Below, one piece after another: positions 1 through 9,357 of a stretch of 64,000 nucleotides of DNA. The first letter of the stretch is position 1; every line of letters begins with the position of its first letter. Origin of the DNA: an uncultured Gemmatimonadaceae bacterium (GTDB taxonomy: Bacteria > Gemmatimonadota > Gemmatimonadetes > Gemmatimonadales > Gemmatimonadaceae); the NCBI GenBank assembly GCA_963740355.1, contig CAVUDW010000004.1, forward strand, positions 26,280-90,279, written 5' to 3'. The notes beneath the pieces are model-generated. The model was not told the DNA's origin, ran no database searches, and saw only the letters and a program-made list of their open reading frames with translations. Both the position numbers and the translations under genes were made by a program.

Positions 1-6
1 ACTCTC

Positions 7-498
7 ATGAGCCGAATTGCGCTCTACGCCGGTAGCTTCGATCCCGTCACGCGCGGCCACCTGGACCTCATGCGCCGATCGCTGCACTTCGTCGACACAC
101 TCGTCGTCGCGGTGGCCACCAACCCGAAGAAGACGTCGCTGTTCAGCGCCGAGGAGCGTGTCCGCTTCATCGTCGGCGCCACCGACGACGAGAAGCGCAT
201 CATCGTGCGTGGCTTTGACGGTCTGCTGGTCGACCTCGCGCACGAGGTTGGCGCCTCGATGCTGATCCGCGGGCTGCGTGCCGTCAGCGACTTCGAATAC
301 GAGTTCCAGATGGCGCTGATGAATCGCCACCTCGCCGCCGACCTGGAGACGGTGTTCATGGTGCCGTCGCTCGACACGACCTACATCTCCAGTTCCATGG
401 TGCGCGAGGTGGCTCGTTTCGGCGGCGACGTGAGCGACCTGACCCACCCGGCCGTCGTCGCGGCGTTGCACACGAAATTTCGCTACGCGGAACGGTGA
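7..498 (+). CDS. coaD: phosphopantetheine adenylyltransferase
   Basis: 163-aa ORF. The N-terminal nucleotidyltransferase motif YAGSFDPVTRGHLDL and the overall length are typical of PPAT. Its stop overlaps the next start (GTGA). Confidence 0.95.
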   Translation: MSRIALYAGSFDPVTRGHLDLMRRSLHFVDTLVVAVATNPKKTSLFSAEERVRFIVGATDDEKRIIVRGFDGLLVDLAHEVGASMLIRGLRAVSDFEYEFQMALMNRHLAADLETVFMVPSLDTTYISSSMVREVARFGGDVSDLTHPAVVAALHTKFRYAER

Positions 499-1481
499 CG
501 GCCTTTCTCGACTCCCTTCACCGGCGTGCGGCCGCAGTCTGCCCGCGCATCGTGTTTGCCGAGGGAGCCGATACGCGCACGCTCGACGCAGTGGCCGAAG
601 TCGTGGCGAAGGGGATTGCCCAACCTCTGGTTGTCGTCCCGGATGTCACGTTCGTCGCGGCGGTCCGGGCGCGCGGCGGTCAGGCGATCATTCCCGACGA
701 AAGCATCCATTTCGCAAAGGTCCAGGATTGCCTTTCGTTGTGGGCTCGTTCTCGTTCGCGAAGTGAAACCGAGGCACGTGCCAACGCCACCAATCCGCTC
801 GCATTCGCCAACGCGTTGGTCGCCGTCGGTGAAGCCGACGCGTGTGTCGCCGGCGCAGTGCACACCACGGCCGATGTGCTCCGGTGGGCGCTACGCCTGA
901 TCGGGGCAGAAGGGGCGAGCCGGAGTGTCTCGGGGGCGTTCTACCTGGTGGATCCGGGCACGGGACCCGCGTGGCCGCATGAAGTCCTCACGTTCAGCGA
1001 CTGCGGTGTGATCCCCGAACCGACGGTCGAGCAGTTGTCCGACATCGCCATTGCAGCGGCGGCTGATCGTGTGCGCATCGTGGGTGATGAACCGGCGATT
1101 GCGTTCCTCAGCTTCAGCACGCGCGGCAGTGCCGAAGCGGCCACGGTACTCCGCGTGCGACAGGCGGTCGCGCTGACACGCGCGCGGCGGCCGGACCTGT
1201 GGGTCGATGGTGAATTGCAGGCGGATGCGGCATTGGACAGCATCGTTGCGGCACGAAAGGCACCGGGCAGCGCCGTCGCCGGCAAGGCGAACATTCTGAT
1301 CTTTCCTTCTCTCGACGCAGGCAACATCGCATACAAACTGGTGCAGTACCTGAGTGGTGCGACAGCCATCGGCCCGATCGTACAGGGCCTGAAGAAGCCG
1401 TCCCTCGATCTCTCGCGTGGTGCGACGGCGCCAGAGATCGTGCACGCGGCGGCGATCGCCGCACTGCAGACCGTGCGATGA
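495..1481 (+). CDS. pta: phosphate acetyltransferase (PTA_PTB family, short form)
   Basis: 328-aa ORF. The C-terminal GPIVQGLKKPSLDLSRGATAPEIVHAAAIAALQ and IFPSLDAGNIAYK segments resemble phosphotransacetylases. It is coupled to both neighbours by 4-nt overlaps. Confidence 0.85.
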   Translation: MTAFLDSLHRRAAAVCPRIVFAEGADTRTLDAVAEVVAKGIAQPLVVVPDVTFVAAVRARGGQAIIPDESIHFAKVQDCLSLWARSRSRSETEARANATNPLAFANALVAVGEADACVAGAVHTTADVLRWALRLIGAEGASRSVSGAFYLVDPGTGPAWPHEVLTFSDCGVIPEPTVEQLSDIAIAAAADRVRIVGDEPAIAFLSFSTRGSAEAATVLRVRQAVALTRARRPDLWVDGELQADAALDSIVAARKAPGSAVAGKANILIFPSLDAGNIAYKLVQYLSGATAIGPIVQGLKKPSLDLSRGATAPEIVHAAAIAALQTVR

Positions 1482-2299
1482 CCGACGACTTTCGCAACGA
1501 TCGTCACCCGCCGATCCGCAAGCGACTGGGGCAACACTTCCTCACGGATGTGCGCACGCTCGACAAGATCGCCGACGTCCTCGAAATCACGAAGGCGGAT
1601 ACCGTCGTCGAAATCGGGCCGGGTCGTGGCGCACTCACCGATCGACTCGCCGCGCGCGCTGGGCGCCTCGTGACGATCGAGATCGACAAGATGCTCGTGC
1701 CGATCCTGCGCAAGCGATACGCCGACAAGTCCAACGTGCTGGTGGTCGAATCCGACGTCCTGGAGCTGGCACTGGGCGAGGTTGCCGGCGGTCCGTATCT
1801 GCTGGCTGGCAACGTGCCGTACTACATCACGACGCCGATCATCTTTCACGCCATGACGCGTCCGCGCCCGGATCGCGCGGTCTTTCTCGTGCAACGCGAA
1901 GTTGCCGATCGCGCGGTCGCCGCACCCGGCTCGAAGGAATACGGCGCACTCTCGGTGAACTTGCAGGCGCTCGCCACGGTGTCGTTGCGCGGCATCGTGA
2001 AGCCAAGCGCCTTCAATCCGCCGCCGTCGGTGGAATCCGCGATTCTTCATCTCGTGCCGCGCGTCGATCCCGTCATCGCCGAGGACGAAGAGGCGGCGTT
2101 TCGCAAGCTGGTGATCGCCTCGTTCGGGTTGCGGCGCAAGCAGCTGCGCCGTGTCGTGCGGACGGTGCGTGGCTTGTCAGCCGAGGAGGCAGATGTGGCG
2201 TTGTCGGCAGCCGGCATCGATCCAGAAGCGCGCCCGGAAACACTTTCGGCGCAGCAGTTCGCTCAGCTCCTGCGCGCGCTGCCAGCGGCCGCGCCGTAA
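1478..2299 (+). CDS. rsmA: 16S rRNA (adenine1518/1519-N6)-dimethyltransferase
   Basis: 273 aa with LGQHFL, the SAM-binding motif VVEIGPGRGALT and GNVPYYITTPI, the hallmarks of KsgA/RsmA. Confidence 0.93.
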   Translation: MTDDFRNDRHPPIRKRLGQHFLTDVRTLDKIADVLEITKADTVVEIGPGRGALTDRLAARAGRLVTIEIDKMLVPILRKRYADKSNVLVVESDVLELALGEVAGGPYLLAGNVPYYITTPIIFHAMTRPRPDRAVFLVQREVADRAVAAPGSKEYGALSVNLQALATVSLRGIVKPSAFNPPPSVESAILHLVPRVDPVIAEDEEAAFRKLVIASFGLRRKQLRRVVRTVRGLSAEEADVALSAAGIDPEARPETLSAQQFAQLLRALPAAAP

Positions 2300-2303
2300 C
2301 CAC

Positions 2304-2975
2304 TCAGCGCGGAGCAGCTCCGCCATCACGGTGCACAAGCGCGTAGGCCAGGCCTTCCAACTCGAGCGCCATGTTCACCGATTTCACCGTCACGGTTCCC
2401 GGCACGTGAATCGGTGCCGGTGCGAAGTTCATGATCGCGCGAATGCCGGCCGCGACCACGCGATCCGCCACCGCCTGCGCATGTTCGGCCGGGACGGTGA
2501 TGACCGCAATCTCAGGGAGTTCCCGCGCGGCGTCATGCTCCAGCTGCGCCATGCTGCGAACGCCGACGCCGTCGATCATGCGTCCCACCAGCTGCGGGTT
2601 GTTGTCGTAGATCCCCAGCACCCGGAACCCGCGTTGCGAAAAGCCTCGATAGCTGACCAAGGCCGCACCGATCTTGCCGGCCCCGACTATGTAGACCTTC
2701 CACTCCCGGCCCAGTCCGAGAATTTCCTGTAGCTGCGTGACGAGCTCGGCCACGTCATAGCCGCGGCCGCGCTTGCCGAAGGATCCGAAGAAACTCAGGT
2801 CTTTCCGCACCTGGGCGGACGTGGTGCCACCGTCCTCGGCGAGCGTATCGCTCGAGATCGTTTGCTGGCCACGGGCGGCGGCCTGTTCGAGCACGCGCAG
2901 GTAGAGCGACAGACGCCGAACGGTGGATTCGGCGATGTGCTTTTCGGGGGCGGGGGGGGCAGGTGAGTGAGCCAT
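2304..2975 (-). CDS. rex: redox-sensing transcriptional repressor Rex
   Basis: 223 aa with a winged-helix N-terminus (TVRRLSLYLRVLE) and a Rossmann motif (IVGAGKIGAAL). A perfect Rex operator lies 3 nt upstream of its ATG. Confidence 0.93.
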   Translation of the reverse strand: MAHSPAPPAPEKHIAESTVRRLSLYLRVLEQAAARGQQTISSDTLAEDGGTTSAQVRKDLSFFGSFGKRGRGYDVAELVTQLQEILGLGREWKVYIVGAGKIGAALVSYRGFSQRGFRVLGIYDNNPQLVGRMIDGVGVRSMAQLEHDAARELPEIAVITVPAEHAQAVADRVVAAGIRAIMNFAPAPIHVPGTVTVKSVNMALELEGLAYALVHRDGGAAPR

Positions 2976-2978
2976 GTC

Positions 2979-2996
2979 TTGTGAAGAATTTCACAA
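2979..2996. promoter_or_regulatory. Rex operator (ROP), TTGTGAA-GAAT-TTCACAA
   Basis: Perfect 18-bp inverted repeat read directly at 2979-2996. It matches the published Rex consensus TTGTGAA-N4-TTCACAA and lies in the rex/arcA divergent intergenic region. Confidence 0.8.
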
Positions 2997-3096
2997 GAAA
3001 GGGGCCGGAAGGCCAGCCCGACCGGGCCACGGAGGTGGAGGGCACCGCTCCCATCGTCTGGGTTCACCCAGTCGGCCAAACGCGTAGCTTGTCTGG

Positions 3097-4326
3097 ATGC
3101 ACGTCACCGTCGACTCCGAAATCGGTCCGCTCCGCTCCGTTCTCGTCCATACGCCCGGACCCGAACTGCTGGCCGTCACGCCCAGCAATCGCGAGGACTA
3201 TCTCTACGACGACATCATCGACGTGGACATCGCGCAGCGCGAGCATCGGCGGTTCGTCGCGATCCTCGAGCGATTCGCCACGGTCTTTCATGTCCGTGAC
3301 CTGCTGACGGAGACGATGGCCGTTCCCGAAGCCCGCGAACTGCTGCTGGCGGAGGTGATGAACGTGACGCCCTCCCAGCCGCTCGCCAAGGACATCGAGC
3401 AGATGAACGCGGCCCAGCTGGTCACGATGCTGATCGAGGGCCGTGAAGAGGCGCCTGGGCCCCTCGCTCGGCACCTCAACGAGTCGAGCTACTCGTTGCC
3501 GCCGCTGCCGAATCTCTTCTTCACGCGTGACTCGGCCATGGTCGTGGGCCGGCACGTGCTGGTCGGATCGATGCGCTACGGCGTGCGGTGGGTGGAGGAG
3601 CTGATCATGAAAGTGCTCTTCACCTACAACCCCAGGCTCGGCAACGCTGGCATCCTCTACGATGGTGCCAGCGAACGGCGTTTCAATCACACGCTCGAAG
3701 GTGGTGACGTTCACCCTGTGAGTGCCGACACCGTGATGATCGGATTCAGCGAGCGCTCCAGCCCCGCCGCAATCGACCATCTCGCATCGCTGATGTTTGC
3801 CGACACCGACATTCGCAACATCATCGTGGTCGTGATGCCGGGTGAGAACACCGCGATTCATCTCGACATGGTGTTCACGCAAATCGATCGCGAGCAATGC
3901 GTGGTGTATCCGCCGTATTTCGTCGGGACCGAACGCCTGCCTGTGCTGCTCTGGCGCAAGGGCAGCGATGTCGTCACGGAACAGCCAAACGTGTTTGCGG
4001 CACTCGCCGAGTGCGGCCTGCCCATGACGCCCGTCTTCTGCGGCGGCGAACGGCGAATTCTGCAGGAGCGCGAACAGTGGGCAAGTGGATGCAACTTCGT
4101 TGCGCTGCGACCGGGTGTCATTGCCAGTTATTCCCGCAATGAAGCCACACTTCGTTCGTTGGAGCTGGCGGGCTTTCGCGTCGTGCCGGCGATGGACTTT
4201 CTGGGCGGCGAAGCGAAGGTCGGTGAGACGGACAAGGTCGTGCTGACGTTTGAAGGAAGCGAACTGGTACGCGGCGGTGGTGGCCCGCGGTGCATGACGA
4301 TGCCTCTCCTGCGCGATGGACTCTGA
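3097..4326 (+). CDS. arcA: arginine deiminase
   Basis: 409 aa. The N-terminal EIGPLRSVLVHTPGPEL and C-terminal GGGGPRCMTMPL (catalytic Cys region) are characteristic of arginine deiminases. Confidence 0.92.
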   Translation: MHVTVDSEIGPLRSVLVHTPGPELLAVTPSNREDYLYDDIIDVDIAQREHRRFVAILERFATVFHVRDLLTETMAVPEARELLLAEVMNVTPSQPLAKDIEQMNAAQLVTMLIEGREEAPGPLARHLNESSYSLPPLPNLFFTRDSAMVVGRHVLVGSMRYGVRWVEELIMKVLFTYNPRLGNAGILYDGASERRFNHTLEGGDVHPVSADTVMIGFSERSSPAAIDHLASLMFADTDIRNIIVVVMPGENTAIHLDMVFTQIDREQCVVYPPYFVGTERLPVLLWRKGSDVVTEQPNVFAALAECGLPMTPVFCGGERRILQEREQWASGCNFVALRPGVIASYSRNEATLRSLELAGFRVVPAMDFLGGEAKVGETDKVVLTFEGSELVRGGGGPRCMTMPLLRDGL

Positions 4327-5296
4327 TTCCCTGATCGCTTCCCTCGGCGCGCGGCTCAAGCCGGCCGAGTCGACACTCACCGACATGGCCATTGCGCTGA
4401 TCACGCGCGGGCCGATTGGGTCGCCGGAACTGGTGGCGCAAGTATGCCAGGCGATCGGCGTGCGTCGTTCGCTGGCCGAGAGCCTGGCGCGGTCGATTGT
4501 TGGCCACCGACCCGATGTGCGTCAGGGCCCGGACGGGCGGTGGCGCATCACGACCGAGACGGTGGCACGCCCGCGTCCGGTGGAGACATCGCGATCGGCT
4601 GACGCGCCACCGTCGGTGATGCTGACCCGAAACGACGCCGATGCGTTGCCGATTGCGTCACTGCGCTTCGCGGTGGTCGACGTCGAGACCACCGGTGGCC
4701 GACCTGGGCACGGCGACCGCATCACCGAGATCGCAATCGTTCGGGTGCACGGCGGGCAGATCGTCGATGTCTTCGAGACGCTGGTCAATCCCGAGTGCCC
4801 CATCCCGCCGATGATCACGCAGATCACGCGCATCACGTCGGAGATGGTGCGCAACAAGCCCGTGTTCGGCTCGATCGCGCACGAGGTCGCAGAACGGCTC
4901 GCGGGGCACATCTTCGTTGCGCACAATGCGTCGTTCGATTGGCGCTTCGTCAGTCACGAGGTCTACCGCGGCACTGGCCAGGCCCTCGACGGCACGACGC
5001 TGTGCACGGTCCGACTGGCGCGAAAAGTCCTGCCCCAGCTCCCGCGGCGGAATCTCGACTCGGTTGCCAACCACTACGCCGTCAACATCCCAGCGGAGGC
5101 GCGTCATCGCGCTGCAGGCGACGCCATCGCCACCGCCAAGATCCTGATTGCGATGCTCAGGGACGCCGCCGCCGATCGTGCGATCACCACGTGGGGCGCC
5201 CTCGAGGCATTCCAGCGCGGAGGCACCTCGCAACTGAAGCGTCGCCGGAAGCAGGCGTCGCCTTCGCCAGTGAAGGACGCCTCCGATGGTGCCTGA
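4316..5296 (+). CDS. DEDDh 3'-5' exonuclease (DnaQ/PolIII-epsilon-like) with N-terminal extension
   Basis: 326 aa with exonuclease motifs VVDVETTG, FVAHNASFDWRF and HRAAGDAIATA. About 115 aa of unassigned sequence precede the domain. The start overlaps the arcA end by 11 nt. Confidence 0.8.
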   Translation: MDSDSLIASLGARLKPAESTLTDMAIALITRGPIGSPELVAQVCQAIGVRRSLAESLARSIVGHRPDVRQGPDGRWRITTETVARPRPVETSRSADAPPSVMLTRNDADALPIASLRFAVVDVETTGGRPGHGDRITEIAIVRVHGGQIVDVFETLVNPECPIPPMITQITRITSEMVRNKPVFGSIAHEVAERLAGHIFVAHNASFDWRFVSHEVYRGTGQALDGTTLCTVRLARKVLPQLPRRNLDSVANHYAVNIPAEARHRAAGDAIATAKILIAMLRDAAADRAITTWGALEAFQRGGTSQLKRRRKQASPSPVKDASDGA

Positions 5297-5314
5297 CATC
5301 TTCTCTCCGTTGCC

Positions 5315-6208
5315 ATGACTTTCCCGACACCTCTGCTGCAGACCCGCGAGCTCGGCTCGCTGCGCATTCACGCGATTCAGGCCGGCGGCCAGCGCCTCGA
5401 CGGCGGTGCCATGTTCGGCGTCGTGCCGAAGGTTCTCTGGCAACGAAAGATCGAAGCTGACGAACGGAATCGTATCCAGATGGGCATGCGCTGCCTGCTG
5501 GTGGAGCATCCGGACGGCCTCGTGCTGATCGACACTGGCGCGGGCAACAAGGAGGACCAGAAGTTCATCGACATCTATGGCATGGAGCTGCAGGCCGATG
5601 TGCCGGAGCAGCGTCCTGACGAGACCGCGCTCGAAGCCGGCATTCGGAGCGCGGGGTTCACGCCCGAGGACATCAAGGTCGTCATCAATACGCACCTGCA
5701 TTTCGACCATGCCGGAGGCAACACCCGCCGCAATGCTGATGGCGCCGTGGTTCCGACGTTTCCGAATGCGACGTACATCGTGCAGGCCGGCGAGTACGAG
5801 TGGGCGACGCATACCAATGAACGCACCGCTGCCAGCTACTTCCCGCCGAACTTCGTGCCGCTGAAGGAGTCCGGCCAGCTACAGCTCATCGATGGCGATG
5901 TCGAGATCATGCGTGGAATCACCGCGCGCAAGACGCCCGGCCACGTCCCACATCACCAGAGCCTGCTGCTCGAAAGCGGCAGCGACCGCGCGCTCTTCCT
6001 GGGCGACGTGATGCCGACCGTCAATCATGTCCCGATGGCGTGGATCATGGGCTACGATGTGGAGCCGCTTCGCACGCTGGAGAGCAAGCGGGCGTTGCTC
6101 CGCGAGGCCGCCGCTGAGAATTGGCTGCTGATTTTCGAGCATGATGCGTTTCACGCATGGGGCAGCGTGACACCCGACGCGAAGGGTTACGCCTACATCG
6201 ACCGGTAG
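5315..6208 (+). CDS. MBL-fold metallo-hydrolase (AHL-lactonase-like motif)
   Basis: 297 aa. It carries the HxHxDH zinc motif as NTHLHFDHAGGN, the same local motif as AiiA-type lactonases, plus a downstream TPGH. Confidence 0.85.
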   Translation: MTFPTPLLQTRELGSLRIHAIQAGGQRLDGGAMFGVVPKVLWQRKIEADERNRIQMGMRCLLVEHPDGLVLIDTGAGNKEDQKFIDIYGMELQADVPEQRPDETALEAGIRSAGFTPEDIKVVINTHLHFDHAGGNTRRNADGAVVPTFPNATYIVQAGEYEWATHTNERTAASYFPPNFVPLKESGQLQLIDGDVEIMRGITARKTPGHVPHHQSLLLESGSDRALFLGDVMPTVNHVPMAWIMGYDVEPLRTLESKRALLREAAAENWLLIFEHDAFHAWGSVTPDAKGYAYIDR

Positions 6209-6249
6209 GCGCACCCTCCATTGCAGGGCGCTGCAGTCCTCGGCTGACC

Positions 6250-9228
6250 TCAGCGCGTGACGCGTGCGCTGAGGGAGCGGAGGACAGAGGGGAAGTAGGC
6301 CATCTGCTTCCGCTGGTCGGCCGTCGGTGGTCCGCCGCCGCGCAACACGTTCCCGTAGAGCGAGCCGACGCGATCCTGCAATTCCCGGATCGTCTTCTTC
6401 AACTCCGCATCCGTCCCCTTTGCCGCGTCGCTGCCGAGTTGCACGACCTGGCGGTAGACCCCGGCGATGGAGTCGGTCGCCGCGTACCATTGCGTACGCT
6501 GCAGCGTCGTCAGCGTCACGCGTGCGTCCTCCCGCACGAGCAACGGCTGTTCGCGACGCACACCACCCGCCGTCAGGCGTACCGTGTAGCGACCCGGCGC
6601 AACATATCGTCCCTGCGGTGCACCACGCGGTGCGTCTTCGTCATCGTCGCTGCTGGCGGGGGCGCCGGGGAGTGACGGCAACCGCAGGTTCCAGACGACC
6701 CGGTTTGCGCCGGCGGAACGTGTGGTGCGCACCGACGAGACCTCTTTTCCGCTGGCATCGTGCACCGTGATCGACACCGAATCACTGATCGCCGCGGGGC
6801 TCAGCCAATAGTCGATGATCGCGCCATTTGGCGGGTTCTCGCCTCGGAAGATCATGTCGCCGGTATGCGCCTTGGTCGAGGCCAGTCGTCGCATCTCTGC
6901 CGGCTCCACCGTGAACAGGTGTGCGGCCGACTGCTCGATTGGTGCCGTGAATTCCTGCACCGCGTTCAGGTTGTCGAGGATCCAGATGCCACGCGCGTGT
7001 GTCGCCACCACCAGGTCGTTATCGCGACCCTGCACGACGATGTCGTTGATTGGCATCCGTGGCATGCCGCGCATCTCGCGCCAGTTGGCGCCAGCGTCCG
7101 TCGACACGAAGAGGCCTTGCTCCGTGCCCAGGTACAGCACGCGTGCATTTCGTGGATCCTCGCGGATGACATGGATCACCCGGTTGGCAGGCAAGGTGGT
7201 CGCAATCGACGTCCACGTCGCGCCAAAATCCGCGCTCCGAAAGAGGTAGTTCGTGAAGTCGTCGTTCTGATGGCCATCGAACGCCGCGTACACGGTGCCA
7301 GCGGCGGTGCGTGATGCTTCGACATGCGCCACCCAGGTGCCAGCCGGCACACCCGGAACATTGGCACGCACATTCTTCCAGGTACGACCAGCATCCTGCG
7401 AGAGCTGCAGGTTGCCGTCGTCGGTGCCAACCCACAGCACCCCTGCGCGCACCGGTGATTCGCTGATGCCAGTGGTGCTCGGGAAGTACGAGACGCCGTC
7501 ATCCAGTGAAAGCGTCGTGTCCGTCGGCATCTGGCCCATGATGGCCAGCGTCCGACGATCGACGCCAGTGGTGAGGTCGCCGAGCGAGGTCCAGGTGTTG
7601 CCGCGATCGAGGGACTTCCACACTTCGCGCATGCCCGCATAGATCACATTACGATTGTGCGGCGAAATGATCACCGGCGAGTTCCAGCCAGCCGGGATGA
7701 TCTTCTTCCCGACCCGAGGTTCGGGGGCGCCCCAGTTTCCAAGCTTGGGGCCTTCGCCCTCTTTCGGCGCCGGGCGGATCTGCACCGACTCGAGTGTTCG
7801 CAGGTTCACGCGAGTCAGGCCGAGGTACTGCGAACTCGAATACACCGTCGTGTTGTCGGTCGTGTCGATGACGTTGTTGAAGCCGTCGCCACCGCCGACA
7901 CGGAACCAGTCCTCGTTCAGCGGCCCGGTGGAGGTGTAGGTCGACGACGGTCCGCACCAGCTACCGTTGTCCTGCAGGCCAGTGCAGATGAGGTACGGTG
8001 ACGTCGTGCTGACACTGAGATGGTATGGCTGCGACACCGGCAGCGACGTCACGTACAGCCACTTTACGCCACGGTCGTAGGAAATGCCGATCCCGCCGTC
8101 GTCGGCCTTGATGAGGTGACGTGAGTCACGCGGGTCAACCCACACCATGCGGTCGTCGCCGTGCAGCGTTTGGCGCGGGGATCGCCACGTCTTGCCGCTG
8201 TCGTCACTGACCGACCACTGCATGGCGTACAGTCGGCTCTGATCGCTGGGATCGACACGCAGCTGGCTGGAATACGCAGGCCGCGGATTCCAGTCGCTCA
8301 TGAATCGCCACGTCTCGCCTTTGTCCTCGGACCGATACACACCGCCGAGACGCTTGTCGTAGGAGATGCTGGACGTGTAGCGCAGTCCTTGCTCGACGCT
8401 GACATAGACGACGCGTGGGTCCTTGGCATAGATCGAGATCGAGATGCGACCGACGGTACCAGTTGGCAGGCCAGCGCTCAGCCGCGTCCATGTGGCGCCG
8501 GCATCAACGGACTTGAACAGTCCGCTGCCGGCACCGCCACCCACGAAGCCGAACGGCGTTCTGCGGTGCTGGTACAACGCGGCGTAGACGATCCTCGAAT
8601 CCGTCGGATCAACGGCGACGTCGACCACGCCGGTGTTTTCATCGCGCTGCAGGATCGGCGACCAGGTCTTGCCACCATCAGTGGTCTTGAAGAGCCCGCG
8701 TTCAGCGTTCGGTCCCCACAGATGTCCGGGTGATGCGACGTAGACGATGTCCGAATTGGCTGGGTCGACGACGATGCGCGAGATACGCGCCGTCGCACGA
8801 AGTCCCATGTTCGTCCAGGTCGCGCCACCGTCGGTGGACTTGTAGACGCCGTCACCCCAGCCGGAGCTCTGGCGGTTGGTGGCTTCGCCTGTGCCAAGCC
8901 ACACGACCTGTGGATTGCGTTGGTCGACTGTCACGGTGCCGATGGAATTCACCGACTGGTTCTCGAACAGCGACTTCCAGGTGACGCCGTTGTCGCTGGT
9001 CTTCCACAGTCCGCCCGTGGCCGACGCCGCGTAGAACTCGTATGGGTTCGACTCATTCACGGCGACATCGGTGAATCGACCGCTCATGTTGGCAGGACCG
9101 ATCGACCGCAACCGCAGGGTGCTGGCAGGATCTCCGGAGACGGAGCGTTGCGCACCCACCGATGCTGGGTTGGCGAGGCAGGTGAGGCCGAGCAGTGACG
9201 CGGCGACGAGACGAGTGCGGAGAGACAT
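6250..9228 (-). CDS. secreted BNR/Asp-box repeat protein (sortilin/VPS10-like, glycosyl-hydrolase-like)
   Basis: The real start is taken at Met-324 of the 1315-aa ORF (ATG ending at 9228), giving the signal peptide MSLRTRLVAASLLGLTCLANPASVGAQ. About ten SxDxGxTW boxes are present (TSDNGVTW, STDGGATW, TTDGGKTW, SVDAGATW, SEDKGETW, SDDSGKTW, SLDRGNTW, SQDAGRTW, SADFGATW, STDAGANW). The upstream part of the ORF overlaps the permease gene on the other strand. Confidence 0.85.
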   Translation of the reverse strand: MSLRTRLVAASLLGLTCLANPASVGAQRSVSGDPASTLRLRSIGPANMSGRFTDVAVNESNPYEFYAASATGGLWKTSDNGVTWKSLFENQSVNSIGTVTVDQRNPQVVWLGTGEATNRQSSGWGDGVYKSTDGGATWTNMGLRATARISRIVVDPANSDIVYVASPGHLWGPNAERGLFKTTDGGKTWSPILQRDENTGVVDVAVDPTDSRIVYAALYQHRRTPFGFVGGGAGSGLFKSVDAGATWTRLSAGLPTGTVGRISISIYAKDPRVVYVSVEQGLRYTSSISYDKRLGGVYRSEDKGETWRFMSDWNPRPAYSSQLRVDPSDQSRLYAMQWSVSDDSGKTWRSPRQTLHGDDRMVWVDPRDSRHLIKADDGGIGISYDRGVKWLYVTSLPVSQPYHLSVSTTSPYLICTGLQDNGSWCGPSSTYTSTGPLNEDWFRVGGGDGFNNVIDTTDNTTVYSSSQYLGLTRVNLRTLESVQIRPAPKEGEGPKLGNWGAPEPRVGKKIIPAGWNSPVIISPHNRNVIYAGMREVWKSLDRGNTWTSLGDLTTGVDRRTLAIMGQMPTDTTLSLDDGVSYFPSTTGISESPVRAGVLWVGTDDGNLQLSQDAGRTWKNVRANVPGVPAGTWVAHVEASRTAAGTVYAAFDGHQNDDFTNYLFRSADFGATWTSIATTLPANRVIHVIREDPRNARVLYLGTEQGLFVSTDAGANWREMRGMPRMPINDIVVQGRDNDLVVATHARGIWILDNLNAVQEFTAPIEQSAAHLFTVEPAEMRRLASTKAHTGDMIFRGENPPNGAIIDYWLSPAAISDSVSITVHDASGKEVSSVRTTRSAGANRVVWNLRLPSLPGAPASSDDDEDAPRGAPQGRYVAPGRYTVRLTAGGVRREQPLLVREDARVTLTTLQRTQWYAATDSIAGVYRQVVQLGSDAAKGTDAELKKTIRELQDRVGSLYGNVLRGGGPPTADQRKQMAYFPSVLRSLSARVTR

Positions 9229-9357
9229 CGATGGCAGGGCAGGAGGGCAGTGGCGTGCTCTCGAAGGACGCCCGCAAAGTGCGGCATGTCCAGTCGTGCA
9301 CAGTACGCGTCGGCGATGCCCCTCGCTGCGTGGCCCGCGCCCGACTACCGTGCTCGG

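Noticed and set aside
941-2050. Long antisense ORF (369 aa). Similar ones are at 3064..4404, 4658..5812, 15373..16266, 17808..19001, 20115..21170, 21355..22458, 22667..23767 and 24940..26385
   Set aside because: Each lies opposite a gene with unmistakable family motifs. All have Arg/His/Gly/Asp-rich, low-complexity translations and no recognisable domains. Stop-codon depletion in high-GC DNA produces such ORFs.
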